From Eledone cirrhosa (Eukaryota): 64,000 nucleotides of DNA. The position numbers were made by a program, and so were the translations under genes. Below, in pieces: positions 12,861 to 24,242 of this stretch. Where the stretch lies: NCBI GenBank assembly GCA_964016885.1, contig OZ024764.1, forward strand, positions 24,366,001 to 24,430,000, read 5' to 3'. Each line of letters opens with the position of its first letter. Position 1 is the stretch's first letter. The notes beneath the pieces are model-generated. The model was not told where the DNA came from, made no database searches, and was given only the letters and a program-made list of their open reading frames with translations.

Positions 12861-12904
<44 letters not shown>

Positions 12905-12905
<1 letters not shown>

Positions 12906-13073
12906 GTTTCTACTTTAGGCACAAGGCCAGCAATTACTCAGTACATTACCGGTACTTTATTTTATCGACCCCCGTAAAGGTGAAAGGCAAAGTCAACCTC
13001 GGCGGGATTTGAACTCAGACTGTAAAGGGACGTAACTATGCTGCAAAGCATGGCGTCCGACCCTCCACCGCCT
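12905..13073 (-). mobile_element. tRNA-derived SINE (MetaSINE-like); other copies at 1464, 8222, 28175-28640, 33033, 33142, 39241, 53881, 55052
   Basis: B-box-like gagttcaaatccc plus a tttgcctttca-cct-tacggggtcgataaaataaagtacc domain. Confidence 0.75.
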
Positions 13074-13183
13074 TATACACACATCTATGTGATAAGTGTG
13101 GAAGGAAGGAGTATGTGACAAACTATAGAAAACAGAGAACACCTCGGTTACTCATACATATATAAATGTATACACATACACAC

Positions 13184-13535
13184 GTGTGTGTATGTAATAA
13201 TTATTTTCTCTGAGTCTATTTATGTGTGTTTGTGTAGATGTGTGTGTATGTAATAATTATTTTCTCTGAGTCTATTTATGTGTGTTTGTGTAGATGTGTG
13301 TTTATGTAATAATTATTTTCTCTGAGTCTATTTATGTGTGTTTGTGTAGATGTGTGTGTATGTAATAATTATTTTCTCTGAGTCTATTTATATGTGTTTG
13401 TGTAGATGTGTGTGTATGTAATAATTATTTTCTCTGAGTCTATTTATATGTGTTTGTGTAGATGTGTGTGTATGTAATAATTATTTTCTCTGAGTCTATT
13501 TATGTGTGTTTGTGTAGATGTGTGTGTATGTAATA
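13184..13535. repeat. 56-bp tandem repeat, about 6 copies
   Basis: ttattttctctgagtctattt recurs at 13201, 13257, 13313 and onward. Confidence 0.9.
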
Positions 13536-13744
13536 AAGTGTGTATGTAACAAATGGTGGTTTTTCTGCTAGTTAATTTAATGTACGATTGGTCAACTGAC
13601 AGTTAATCATAGTGAGGATGTGTAAAACTGGTTTGTTGGTGTCAGTATAGCAGACGTTTTAAATCCAGGTGGTTTTGTATGGATAGTGAGATTACCGGAT
13701 CAAATCATGCTCGTCACAGTTTGTAGTTAGAGAATTTAGTGGCG

Positions 13745-14165
13745 GCTTTGTGCCTACAGAAGATTGTCCACTGATCTTGCAATTGAGCAGCATATTGTTA
13801 TATTGCAGAATATGGAGCAGCTCCATATTGCAGAGTCCACTGTGGTACATTCCATTCTTGTAGGCCCTTGCATTTGATAACTTTGACCAGCTAATCTCAT
13901 ATTACTGATTGATGTCCTTAAGCTGCTAGATTTTATTGGCCAGCGTTGTTGTATTACCAAGTTTACGGTTTTTTATGGAGTGTCGATGCATAAACCATCG
14001 TTTCTTGAAGTCACCAGTCGTAGAACCTATGTAATACCACACCTGGTTGCCAGACTTAATAGTACACAGGTATACCATACAGGACTCCAGGCACCTATTC
14101 TGTAGTGGGCATTTATCTGGTAGGTGGCAGTTACATTTGGAGGCCTTCCTATGCAGGTTCCTCGT
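13745..14165 (-). pseudogene. Penelope-like element GIY-YIG endonuclease remnant (Neptune-type Cys linker)
   Basis: Manual translation: KCNCHLPDKCPLQNRCLESCMVYLCTIKSGNQVWYYIGSTTGDFKKRWFMHRHSIKN..TTLANKI*QLKDINQ*YEISWS..ARAYKNG..LCNMELLHI..LLN / CRHK; two stops and a frameshift. Confidence 0.8.
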
Positions 14166-14719
14166 TGTAGTTCAATTTGTGGTTTGAGTTAAGTTGGGAT
14201 GCTAGTCTGTTGGTGTTTTGTTGTGACATATATTGATGGACAGCTGGTTGTGATGCTGTTACACGGTTGCGTTTTCTATTTGATGTTATAGTGTATGTTA
14301 GTAGACTATATACACACACACACACACACTAAAGCATATAATGTTTCTCTATTATTTCAGAATTCAGATGACATTGGCATTAAAGAATATTTTCACCTTG
14401 GATAGACCATCAATATTTATCATCTTTTAAAGACTAAAAGAAGTTGTTATACAGAACAGATATAACCCTGTATATATAAATCTGGGGTAGAATTACTGAA
14501 ATATCTCCTCTGACTGAGTTTATTGTCAATATTTCTCTACTTCACTGTCTGGAATATGTACAAGATGATTTTGTATTTTAACTAAACTTGGATTAGAAAG
14601 AAATTTGCATCATCTTCAGATATCAACAAAGATCACAGTTGATGGAAATATTTTCTAGGAATAAAATATAAAAACTAAAACAAGAGAAACATCTGTATAC
14701 TTTATCAAGAGAAGAAACA

Positions 14720-16405
14720 ATGGAAAATAAAGTTTGTGAGAAGAAGATAAAATGTGAAACAGAGTCTAAAGAGACCGATGTTCCAGATGAGAAGCTAAAA
14801 GATATAAGCAAGGCATTGTACAGTTGTGACATCTGTAGTAAGTCGTTCACTCGGAAAGGTAGCCTTATTTCTCACAAACGTATTCATACAGGAGAGAAAC
14901 CATATCACTGCAATACCTGTGGTAAATCATTCTCTCAAAACAGTCACTTAACTAGACACAACCATATTCATACAGGAAAAAAGCCATATCATTGTGAGAC
15001 CTATGGTAAATCTTTCTCTCGAAATGGTGACTTAACTAAACACAAAATTATTCACTGTGATATCTGTGGTAAATCATTCTCTGGAAGGGGTTCATTAAAT
15101 GACCACAAACGTCTTCATACAGGAGAGAAACCATATCACTGTGATATCTGTGGTAAATCATTCTCTAGATGTAGTGAATTAACTATACACATACGTATTC
15201 ATACAGGAGAGAAACCATATCAGTGTGACATCTGTGGTAAATCATTCTCTCATGGGAGTGCAGCAACTAGACATAAAACTATACATACTGGAGAGAAAAC
15301 TTATCACTGCAATACCTGTGGTAAATCATTCTCTCTTGAGAATGTTCTAATTACTCACATACGTACGCATACAGGAGAGAAACCATATCGCTGTGATATC
15401 TGTGGTAAATCATTCACTCAAGTCAGTCACTTAACTATACATAACCATATTCACACAGAAAAAAAGCCATATCATTGTGATATCTGTGGTAAATCATTCT
15501 CTCAAAATGATTCCTTAACTAAACACACACGTATTCATACAGGAGAGACTCCGTATCACTGTGATATCTGTGGTAAATCATTCTCTCAAAATAGTGACTT
15601 AACTAAACACAAACGCATTCATACAGGAGAGAAGCCATATCAATGTGATTTCTGTGGTAAATCATACGCTTTAAAACATACTTTAACTCTTCACCAACGT
15701 AGGCATACAGGAGAAAAACTGTATCACTGTGATATCTGTGGTAAATCATTCTCTGATGGGGGTGCAGTAACTAAACATAAAACTATTCATACAGGAGAGA
15801 AGCCATATCTCTGTGACATATGTGGTAAATCATTCTCTGTAGGGACTTCATTAAATAAGCACAAACGTATTCATACTGAGGAGAAATCATATCATTGTGA
15901 TATCTGTGGTAAATCATTCTCTAGATGTATTGAATTAACTATACACAAACGTACTCATACAGGAGAGAAACCATATCACTGTGATATCTGTGGTAAATCA
16001 TTCACTATAAGTAGTCACTTAAATACACATAAACGTAGTCATACAGGAGAGAAGCCATATCACTGTGATATCTGTGATAAATCATTCTCTCAAAATAGTG
16101 ACTTATCTATACACAAACGTATTCATACAGAAGGTAAACTATATCACTGTGATATCTGTGGTAAATCATTCTCTCAGAATAGTGACTTAACTAGACACAA
16201 ACGTATTCATACAGGAGAGAAGCCATATAATTGTGATTTCTGTGGTAAATCATTCGCTTTAAAACATACTTTAACTCTTCACCAACGTATTCACACAGGA
16301 GAGAAGCCATATCACTGTGATATCTGTGGTAAATCATTCTCCCAAAATAGCTATTTTACTAAACACAAACGTATTCATACAGGAAAGAAGGCATATCACC
16401 AGTAA
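14720..16405 (+). CDS. Tandem C2H2 zinc-finger protein, 19 fingers (ZF-1)
   Basis: 561-aa ORF of CxxC-x12-HxxxH units with TGEKPY linkers; finger 3 has C->Y; candidate splice acceptor ttatttcag ending at 14360. Confidence 0.93.
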   Translation: MENKVCEKKIKCETESKETDVPDEKLKDISKALYSCDICSKSFTRKGSLISHKRIHTGEKPYHCNTCGKSFSQNSHLTRHNHIHTGKKPYHCETYGKSFSRNGDLTKHKIIHCDICGKSFSGRGSLNDHKRLHTGEKPYHCDICGKSFSRCSELTIHIRIHTGEKPYQCDICGKSFSHGSAATRHKTIHTGEKTYHCNTCGKSFSLENVLITHIRTHTGEKPYRCDICGKSFTQVSHLTIHNHIHTEKKPYHCDICGKSFSQNDSLTKHTRIHTGETPYHCDICGKSFSQNSDLTKHKRIHTGEKPYQCDFCGKSYALKHTLTLHQRRHTGEKLYHCDICGKSFSDGGAVTKHKTIHTGEKPYLCDICGKSFSVGTSLNKHKRIHTEEKSYHCDICGKSFSRCIELTIHKRTHTGEKPYHCDICGKSFTISSHLNTHKRSHTGEKPYHCDICDKSFSQNSDLSIHKRIHTEGKLYHCDICGKSFSQNSDLTRHKRIHTGEKPYNCDFCGKSFALKHTLTLHQRIHTGEKPYHCDICGKSFSQNSYFTKHKRIHTGKKAYHQ

Positions 16406-16829
16406 TTTGTTCTAAATCATTTATTTTTTAAATAATAATAAACTCTACATATATTTTTGTATCCATAAAAATAACTGAACCCAGCCCACACTGTAAAGTG
16501 ATAGTTTTGGTGTCACAAAGAAAAGTGCCTAGTACACACTGTAAATGTGGTTGGTTTTAGGAAGGGCATCCAGCACAAGCCCCTTACACGGTTGACTATA
16601 TCACTGTCATGTCACCAGCACAACCACCTTACAGGGTCAACTGTTTGTAAATATTCTTAATAAACTCAGAGGTAAATAAACCTGATTTACTCTTAAATTG
16701 TTTTCCTCTCATTTTCTGTGTAGAACATATATGTATGAATGACAAATATTTAGACTTTACTGGGAAGACTTGACATGGAGATCCCCATAGTAGAAGTGAG
16801 TGAAATGTGTTTCTTCCAAAGGCTCTTTG

Positions 16830-19800
16830 AAGGGAGGTAGGTGTAAAAGAGAAACTTCCTGTCTTCATTTCAGTAATCAGAAGGGAGGTAGGTGTATAAG
16901 ACAAACTCCCTATCTTCAATTCAGTAATCAGTAGGGAGGTAGGTGTAAAAGACAAACTCCCTATCTTCAATTCAGTAATCAGTAGGGAGGTAGGTGTATA
17001 AGACAAACTCACTATCTTCAAATCAGTAATCAGAAGGGAGGTAGGTGTATAAGACAAACTCCCTATCCTCAATTCAGTAATCAGTAGGGAGGTAGGTGTA
17101 AAAGACTAACTCACTATCTTCAAATCAGTAATCAGAAGGGAGGTAGGTGTAAAAGACAAACTCCCTATCTTCAATTCAGTAATCAGAAGGGAGGTAGGTG
17201 TAAAAGACAAACTCCCTATCTTCAATTCAGCAATCAGAAGGGAGGTAGGTGTAAAAGACAAACTCCCTTTCTTCAATTCAGTAATCAGAAGAAGGGAGGT
17301 AGGTGTAAAAGGCAAACTCCCTTTCTTCAATTCAGTAATCAGAAGGGAGGTAGGTGTATAAGACAAACTCCCTATCTTCAATTCAGTAATCAGAAGGGAG
17401 GTAGGTGTAAAAGACAAACTCCCTATCTTCAATTCAGTAATCAGAAGGGAGGTAGGTGTAAAAGACAAACTCCCTATCTTCAATTCAGTAATCAGAAGGG
17501 AGGTAGGTGTAAAAGACAAACTCCCTATCTTCAATTCAGTAATCAGAAGGGAGGTAGGTGTAAAAGACAAACTCCCTATCTTCAATTCAGTAATCAGAAG
17601 GGAGGTAGGTGTAAAAGACAAACTCCCTATCTTCAATTCAGTAATCAGAAGGGAGGTAGGTGTAAAAGACAAACTCCCTATCTTCAATTCAGTAATCAGA
17701 AGGGAGGTAGGTGTAAAAGACAAACTCCCTTTCTTCAATTCAGTAATCAGAAGGGAGGTAGGTGTAAAAGACAAACTCCCTATCCTCAATTCAGTAATCA
17801 GTAGGGAGGTAGGTGTAAAAGACTAACTCACTATCTTCAAATCAGTAATCAGAAGGGAGGTAGGTGTAAAAGACAAACTCCCTATCTTCAATTCAGTAAT
17901 CAGAAGGGAGGTAGGTGTAAAAGACAAACTCCCTATCTTCAATTCAGCAATCAGAAGGGAGGTAGGTGTAAAAGACAAACTCCCTATCTTCAATTCAGTA
18001 ATCAGAAGGGAGGTAGGTGTAAAAGACAAACTCCCTGTCTTCAATTCAGTAATCAGAAGAAGGGAGGTAGGTGTAAAAGACAAACTGACTGTCTTCAATT
18101 CAGTAATCAGAAGAAGGGAGGTAGGTGTAAAAGACAAACTCACTATCTTCAACTCAGTAATCAGAAGCGAGGTAGGTGTAAAAGATAAACTCACTGTCTT
18201 CAACTCAGTAATCAGAAGCGAGGTAGGTGTAAAAGACAAACTCACTATCTTCAACTCAGTAATCAGAAGCGAGGTAGGTGTAAAAGATAAACTCACTGTC
18301 TTCAACTCAGTAATCAGAAGGGAGGTAGGTGTAAAAGACAAACTCACTGTCTTCAACTCAGTAATCAGAAGCGAGGTAGGTGTAAAAGACAAACTCACTG
18401 TCTTCAACTCAGTAATCAGAAGGGAGGTAGGTGTAAAAGACAAACTCACTGTCTTCAACTCAGTAATCAGAAGCGAGGTAGGTGTAAAAGATAAACTCAC
18501 TGTCTTCAACTCAGTAATCAGAAGGGAGGTAGGTGTAAAAGACAAACTCACTGTCTTCAACTCAGTAATCAGAAGCGAGGTAGGTGTAAAAGACAAACTC
18601 ACTGTCTTCAACTCAGTAATCAGAAGCGAGGTAGGTGTAAAAGACAAACTCACTATCTTCAACTCAGTAATCAGAAGGGAGGTAGGTGTAAAAGACAAAC
18701 TCACTGTCTTCAATTCAGTAATCAGAAGGGAGGTAGGTGTAAAAAACAAACTCACTGTCTTCAATGCAGTAATCAGAAGGGAGGTAGGTGTAAAAGACAA
18801 ACTCCCTATCTTCAACTCAGTAATCAGAAGGGAGGTAGGTGTAAAAGACAAACTCCCTATCTTCAACTCAGTAATCAGAAGGGAGGTAGGTGTAAAAGAC
18901 AAACTCCCTATCTTCAACTCAGTAATCAGAAGGGAGGTAGGTGTAAAAGATAAACTCACTGTCTTCAACTCAGTAATCAGAAGGGAGGTAGGTGTAAAAG
19001 ACAAACTCCCTATCTTCAACTCAGTAATCAGAAGGGAGGTAGGTGTAAAAGACAAACTCACTGTCTTCAATTCAGTAATTAGACGGGAGGTACGTGTAAA
19101 AGACAAACTCACTGTCTTCAATTCAGTAATCAGAAGGGAGGTAGGTGTAAAAGACAAACTTACTATCTTCAACTCAGTAATCAGAAGGGAGGTAGGTGTA
19201 AAAGACAAACTCCCTATCTTCAACTCAGTAATCAGAAGGGAGGTAGGTGTAAAAGACAAACTCACTGTCTTCAATTCAGTAATTAGACGGGAGGTACGTG
19301 TAAAAGACAAACTCACTGTCTTCAATTCAGTAATCAGAAGGGAAGTAGGTGTAAAAGACAAACTCACTGTCTTCAACTCAGTAATCAGAAGGGAGGTAGG
19401 TGTAAAAGACAAACTCCCTATCTTCAATTCAGTAATCAGATGAAGGGAGGTAGGTGTAAAAGACAAACTCCCTGTCTTCAATTCAGTAATCAGAAGAAGG
19501 GAGGTAGGTGTAAAAGACAAACTGACTGTCTTCAACTCAGTAATCAGAAGGGAGGTAGGTGTAAAAGATAAACTCACTGTCTTCAACTCAGTAATCAGAA
19601 GCGAGGTAGGTGTAAAAGACAAACTCACTATCTTCAACTCAGTAATCAGAAGGGAGGTAGGTGTAAAAGACAAACTCACTGTCTTCAATTCAGTAATCAG
19701 AAGGGAGGTAGGTGTAAAAGACAAACTCACTGTCTTCAATTCAGTAATCAGAAGGGAGGTAGGTGTAAAAGACAAACTCACTGTCTTCAACTCAGTAATC

Positions 19801-21350
19801 AGAAGGGAGGTAGGTGTAAAAGACAAACTCACTGTCTTCAACTCAGTAATCAGAAGGGAGGTAGGTGTAAAAGACAAACTCACTGTCTTCAACTCAGTAA
19901 TCAGAAGGGAGGTAGGTGTAAAAGACAAACTCCCTATCTTCAACTCAGTAATCAGAAGGGAGGTAGGTGTAAAAGACAAACTCACTATCTTCAATTCAGT
20001 AATCAGAAGGGAGGTAGGTGTAAAAGACAAACTCACTGTCTTCAATTCAGTAATTAGACGGGAGGTACGTGTAAAAGACAAACTCACTGTCTTCAATTCA
20101 GTAATCAGAAGGGAAGTAGGTGTAAAAGACAAACTCACTGTCTTCAACTCAGTAATCAGAAGGGAGGTAGGTGTAAAAGACAAACTCCCTTTCTTCAATT
20201 CAGTAATCAGAAGGGAGGTAGGTGTAAAAGACAAACTCCCTATCTTCAATTCAGTAATCAGAAGGGAGGTAGGTGTAAAAGACAAACTCCCTATCTTCAA
20301 TTCAGTAATCAGAAGAAGGGAGTTAGGTGTAAAAGACAAACTCACTGTCTTCAATTCAGTAATCAGAAGAAGGGAGGTAGGTGTAAAAGACAAACTCACT
20401 GTCTTCAATTCAGTAATCAGACGGGAGGCAGGTGTAAAAGACAAACTCAGTCTTCAATTCAGTAATCAGAAGAAGGGAGGTAGGTGTAAAAGACAAACTC
20501 ACTGTCTTCAATTCAGTAATCAGAAGGGAGGTAGGTGTAAAAGACAAACTCACTGTCTTCAATTCAGTAATCAGAAGAAGGGAGGTAGGTGTAAAAGACA
20601 AACTCACTGTCTTCAATTCAGTAATCAGAAGAAGGGAGGCAGGTGTAAAAGACAAACTCACTGTCTTCAATTCAGTAATCAGAAGAAGGGAGGTAGGTGT
20701 AAAAGACAAACTCACTGTCTTCAATTCAGTAATCAGAAGAAGGGAGGCAGGTGTAAAAGACAAACTCCCTATCTTCAATTCAGTAATCAGAAGAAGGGAG
20801 GCAGGTGTAAAAGACAAACTCACTGTCTTCAATTCAGTAATCAGAAGAAGGGAGGTAGGTGTAAAAGACAAACTCACTGTCTTCAATTCAGTAATCAGAC
20901 GGGAGGCAGGTGTAAAAGACAAACTCACTGTCTTCAATTCAGTAATCAGAAGGGAGGTAGGTGTAAAAGACAAACTTACTATCTTCAACTCAGTAATCAG
21001 AAGGGAGGTAGGTGTAAAAGACAAACTCACTGTCTTCAATTCAGTAATCAGAAGGGAGGTATGTGTAAAAGACAAACTCCCTATCTTCAATTCAGTATTC
21101 AGAAGGGAGGTAGGTGTAAAAGACAAACTCCCTATCTTCAATTCAGTAATCAGAAGGGAGGTAGGTGTAAAAGACAAACTCCCTGTCTTCAATTCAGTAA
21201 TCAGAAGGGAGGTAGGTGTAAAAGACAAACTCACTATCTTCAATTCAGTATTCAGAAGGGAGGTAGGTGTAAAAGACAAACTCACTGTCTTCAATTCAGT
21301 AATCAGAAGGGAGGTAGGTGTAAAAGACAAACTCCCTGTCTTCAATTCAG
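16830..21350. repeat. 51/54-bp minisatellite (roughly 88 copies) derived from RTE coding sequence
   Basis: Unit agaagggaggtaggtgtaaaagacaaactc(c/a)ct(a/g)tcttcaattcagtaatc; runs straight into LINE sequence at 21351. Confidence 0.95.
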
Positions 21351-21730
21351 TATTTGTGCCAACCCTTAAACATGAATCTTGGGTAATGACTTAAAGAATA
21401 TGATTGCAAATAGAAGCAGCCGAAATGGGGATCGTTTGAAGAGTCTTTGGAGTAACGTTACTCTATAGAGTATAGCTCGGAGGTGAGAGAGTCGCTTCAG
21501 GTAGAGTGACTACTCCAAATTGAGAGATCACAGCTCCGATACTACAAACATGGGGTCAGAAGGTCACAAGAAAGAATTGTTGGACAGATTTTACAGGCAA
21601 AACCAACCGGCAGGAGACCCAGTGATAGACCCCCAAGATGGTTGGACAACATCCATGAGCTCAGCTGGTATTCCTTGCTGACCCAGCCAGATCAATTGGA
21701 GAGGGTTGCTTCTCGCATGACTGAGGACTC
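21351..21730 (+). mobile_element. Degenerate RTE-like LINE 3' fragment
   Basis: gccaacccttaa..catgaatcttgggtaatga..attttacaggcaaaaccaac matches the reverse complement of 9240-9490. Confidence 0.8.
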
Positions 21731-22029
21731 TGCCCCCACAACCCTCACAGGAATAACATGGTACCAAGACATGGGAAGTGAATGCGGAGGATTTGTGAAG
21801 ACTTGACAGGAAGAAGTCAAGCATACTCTGATGGCAGTGTAATGTCTGTATGCATGGATGGTGAAGTGGTAGTTGTAGTAGTAGTAGGCGTAGTAATAAT
21901 AATAGTAATAGTAGTAGTAGTAGTAGTGACCAATCAAACCACCGTATCAGAAATATATCTTCACCGGTTACCCACGGCAACAACTGCTGCTACTACTACT
22001 GCTATAGTCTCTGCTATCCTTCAGCAATG

Positions 22030-22905
22030 TAGTAAGGAAATTAAAGATATGAAAACCGAGAAAGCAGCTGGTACATTAGGTATAGTTGCCAAGATGTTGA
22101 AAGCATCTGGGTTGGTAAGTCACACCATATATATAACATTGTTTCCTCAGTCTGATTTGATGAAAATTGATCGACTGTCTATATATATATATATATATAT
22201 ATCATCATCATCATCATTTAACGTCTATCTTCCACGCTAGCATGGGTTAGACAGGAGTTGTCCCACTTGAGGCAAGATTAGTCGGGTGACCGTGTCTCGC
22301 TCGTATAGGACTATCTGGCAGGTTTTCTACGGCTTGATACCCTTCCTAACACCAACCACATTTACAGTGTGGACTGGGAGCCTTTTTACTGTGTCTCCTA
22401 CACGACCACATTACAGCGTGGACTGTGTTTTTTTTCTCGTGACAGCTACACGATCTCATTAATTTCGACTGGATATTGTGGTACCAACATAACTTTATAT
22501 ATATATATAGACAGTCGATCAACTTTCATCAAATCAGACTGAGGAAACAATGTTTCCATTGGTCTTTCCAATTGTTAGTACTATCTATCGGTCACAACTC
22601 CAGGCAGAAGGAGCAACTTGAAATAAAGTGTCTTGCTCAAGGACATAATGCACCACCTGGTCCAGGAATCGAACTCACAACCTCACGATAGTGAATCCAA
22701 TTCTCTTACCACTCAGCCACGCGCCTTCATCATAACCACACATTGTAAACCAAGTAATACTGAATGGTGTCATACCAAAGGATTGGCACAGCAGCATCAT
22801 TGTCAACTGCTACAAGGGTAAAAGAGATGCACTAGATAGAGGTAACTATAGAGGCATCAAGCTGATGGACCAGGTCATGAAAGTAACAGAAAGAGTTATA
22901 GCACA
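22030..22905 (+). mobile_element. RTE RT fragment split by nested insertions
   Basis: IKDMKTEKAAG..KMLKASG..SHTI (22030-22130) resumes near 22730 as IVNQVILNGVIPKDW..NYRGIKLMDQVMKV. Confidence 0.8.
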
Positions 22906-22911
22906 TAGGAT

Positions 22912-23222
22912 GGAGGCACATGGCTTAGTGGTTAGAGCATTGGCCTTGCAATCGAAAGGTTGTAAGTTCAATTCTCAGACCGGGTGATGTGTTGTTTCCT
23001 TGAGCAAGACACTTTATTTCACATTGCTCCAGTTTACTCAGCTGTAGAAATCAGATGATAGGGACTGGGGTCCCTATCATTCCACTACAAAGTGGTCGTG
23101 GAGGTGCCACGGCAAAAAAACACCCAGCACTCACTGTAAATGAGGTTGGTGTTAGGAAGGGTATCCAGCTGTAGAAATCAAGCCAGAATCAGTTCCCATC
23201 CCACCCTGGCAAGCAGGGAAAA
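22912..23222 (+). mobile_element. tRNA-head SINE with RTE-derived 3' tail (copies at 36295-, 36610+, 53061-)
   Basis: A box tggcttagtgg, B-box-like agttcaattct, hairpin atgatagggac/gtccctatcat, tail shared with the RTE 3' UTR. Confidence 0.85.
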
Positions 23223-24114
23223 AGTTCAGAGAGCTTATACCACTATTAGCCGCTAAAGGGTTCTCCCTAAAAATGAAAGGCAGGTTGTATGATGCCTGCA
23301 TACGAACAGCAATGTTGCATGGCAGTGAGACCTGGGCATTGTGTGCAGAGGATATACGCAGACTAGAGAGGAACGAAGCTTGCATGCTCCGCTGGATGTG
23401 TAATAGTAATATACGTGAACGGCAAAGCATAAACGAACTAAGGAAAAAATTAGAAATAAGAGGGATCAGATGTTGTTTACTCGAGAGAAGGCTACGTTGG
23501 TATGGTCACGTGATGCGCATGAAAGACGACAGCTGTATAACAAAGTGCAGGGCAATAAAGATAGATGGTAGCCACGGAGTAGGCAGACCCAGAAAAACCT
23601 GGGACGAGCTGATAAATTCCGACCTCACACACTTACACCTCTCCAAAACAATGTCACTGGACCGAGACCTTTGGCGGTACTCAGTAACAGAGAAGACCCG
23701 CCCTACCTAAATACAAAGTAAAACCTACTACAGTCAGTAGGCATCTCTAACAAAATACACCCCCGTGCCACCACCCCCACCCCATCCACACCACCCCCAC
23801 CCCATCCACACCACCCCTTTCAATGTAAAGTTATGTTGGTGCCACAACATCCAGCCCGAAACAAAGGAGATCGTGTAGGTGTCACGACAAAAAAACACAC
23901 AGTCCACGCTGTAATGTGGCCGTGTAGGCAACACGGTAAAAACCTCCCAGCCCCACACTGTAAATGTGGTTGGTGTTAGGAAGGGCATCCAGCTGTAGAA
24001 AACCCGCCAGATAGTCCTATACGAGCAAGACAACCACTCTTGCCTCAAGTGGGGAAACTCCCGTCCAAACCCATGCAAGCGTGGAACAGGGACGTTAAAC
24101 GTTGATGATGATGA
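23219..24114 (+). mobile_element. RTE LINE 3' fragment with (GAT)n tail
   Basis: ORF 23273-23710 nearly identical to 12037-12615. Confidence 0.9.
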
Positions 24115-24242
24115 TCATCATCATTTAATGTTCATCTTCCATGCTATCATGGGTTGGACTGTTTTGTCACACTCGAGGCAAAATTAGTCTCACTTGTACA
24201 CAACTATTCTTGGCTGGATGCCCTTCCTAACACCAACCATAT

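Noticed and set aside
13570-13620. Possible decayed hammerhead downstream of the PLE endonuclease
   Set aside because: Both core motifs are mutated; too weak without a consensus
17106-21345. Long minus-strand ORFs (873, 311, 227 aa; LSFTPTSLLITELK repeats)
   Set aside because: By-product of a stop-free 51/54-bp satellite, antisense to its LINE source
22912-22990. tRNA gene
   Set aside because: A/B boxes are present but continue into a multi-copy SINE body; no convincing cloverleaf
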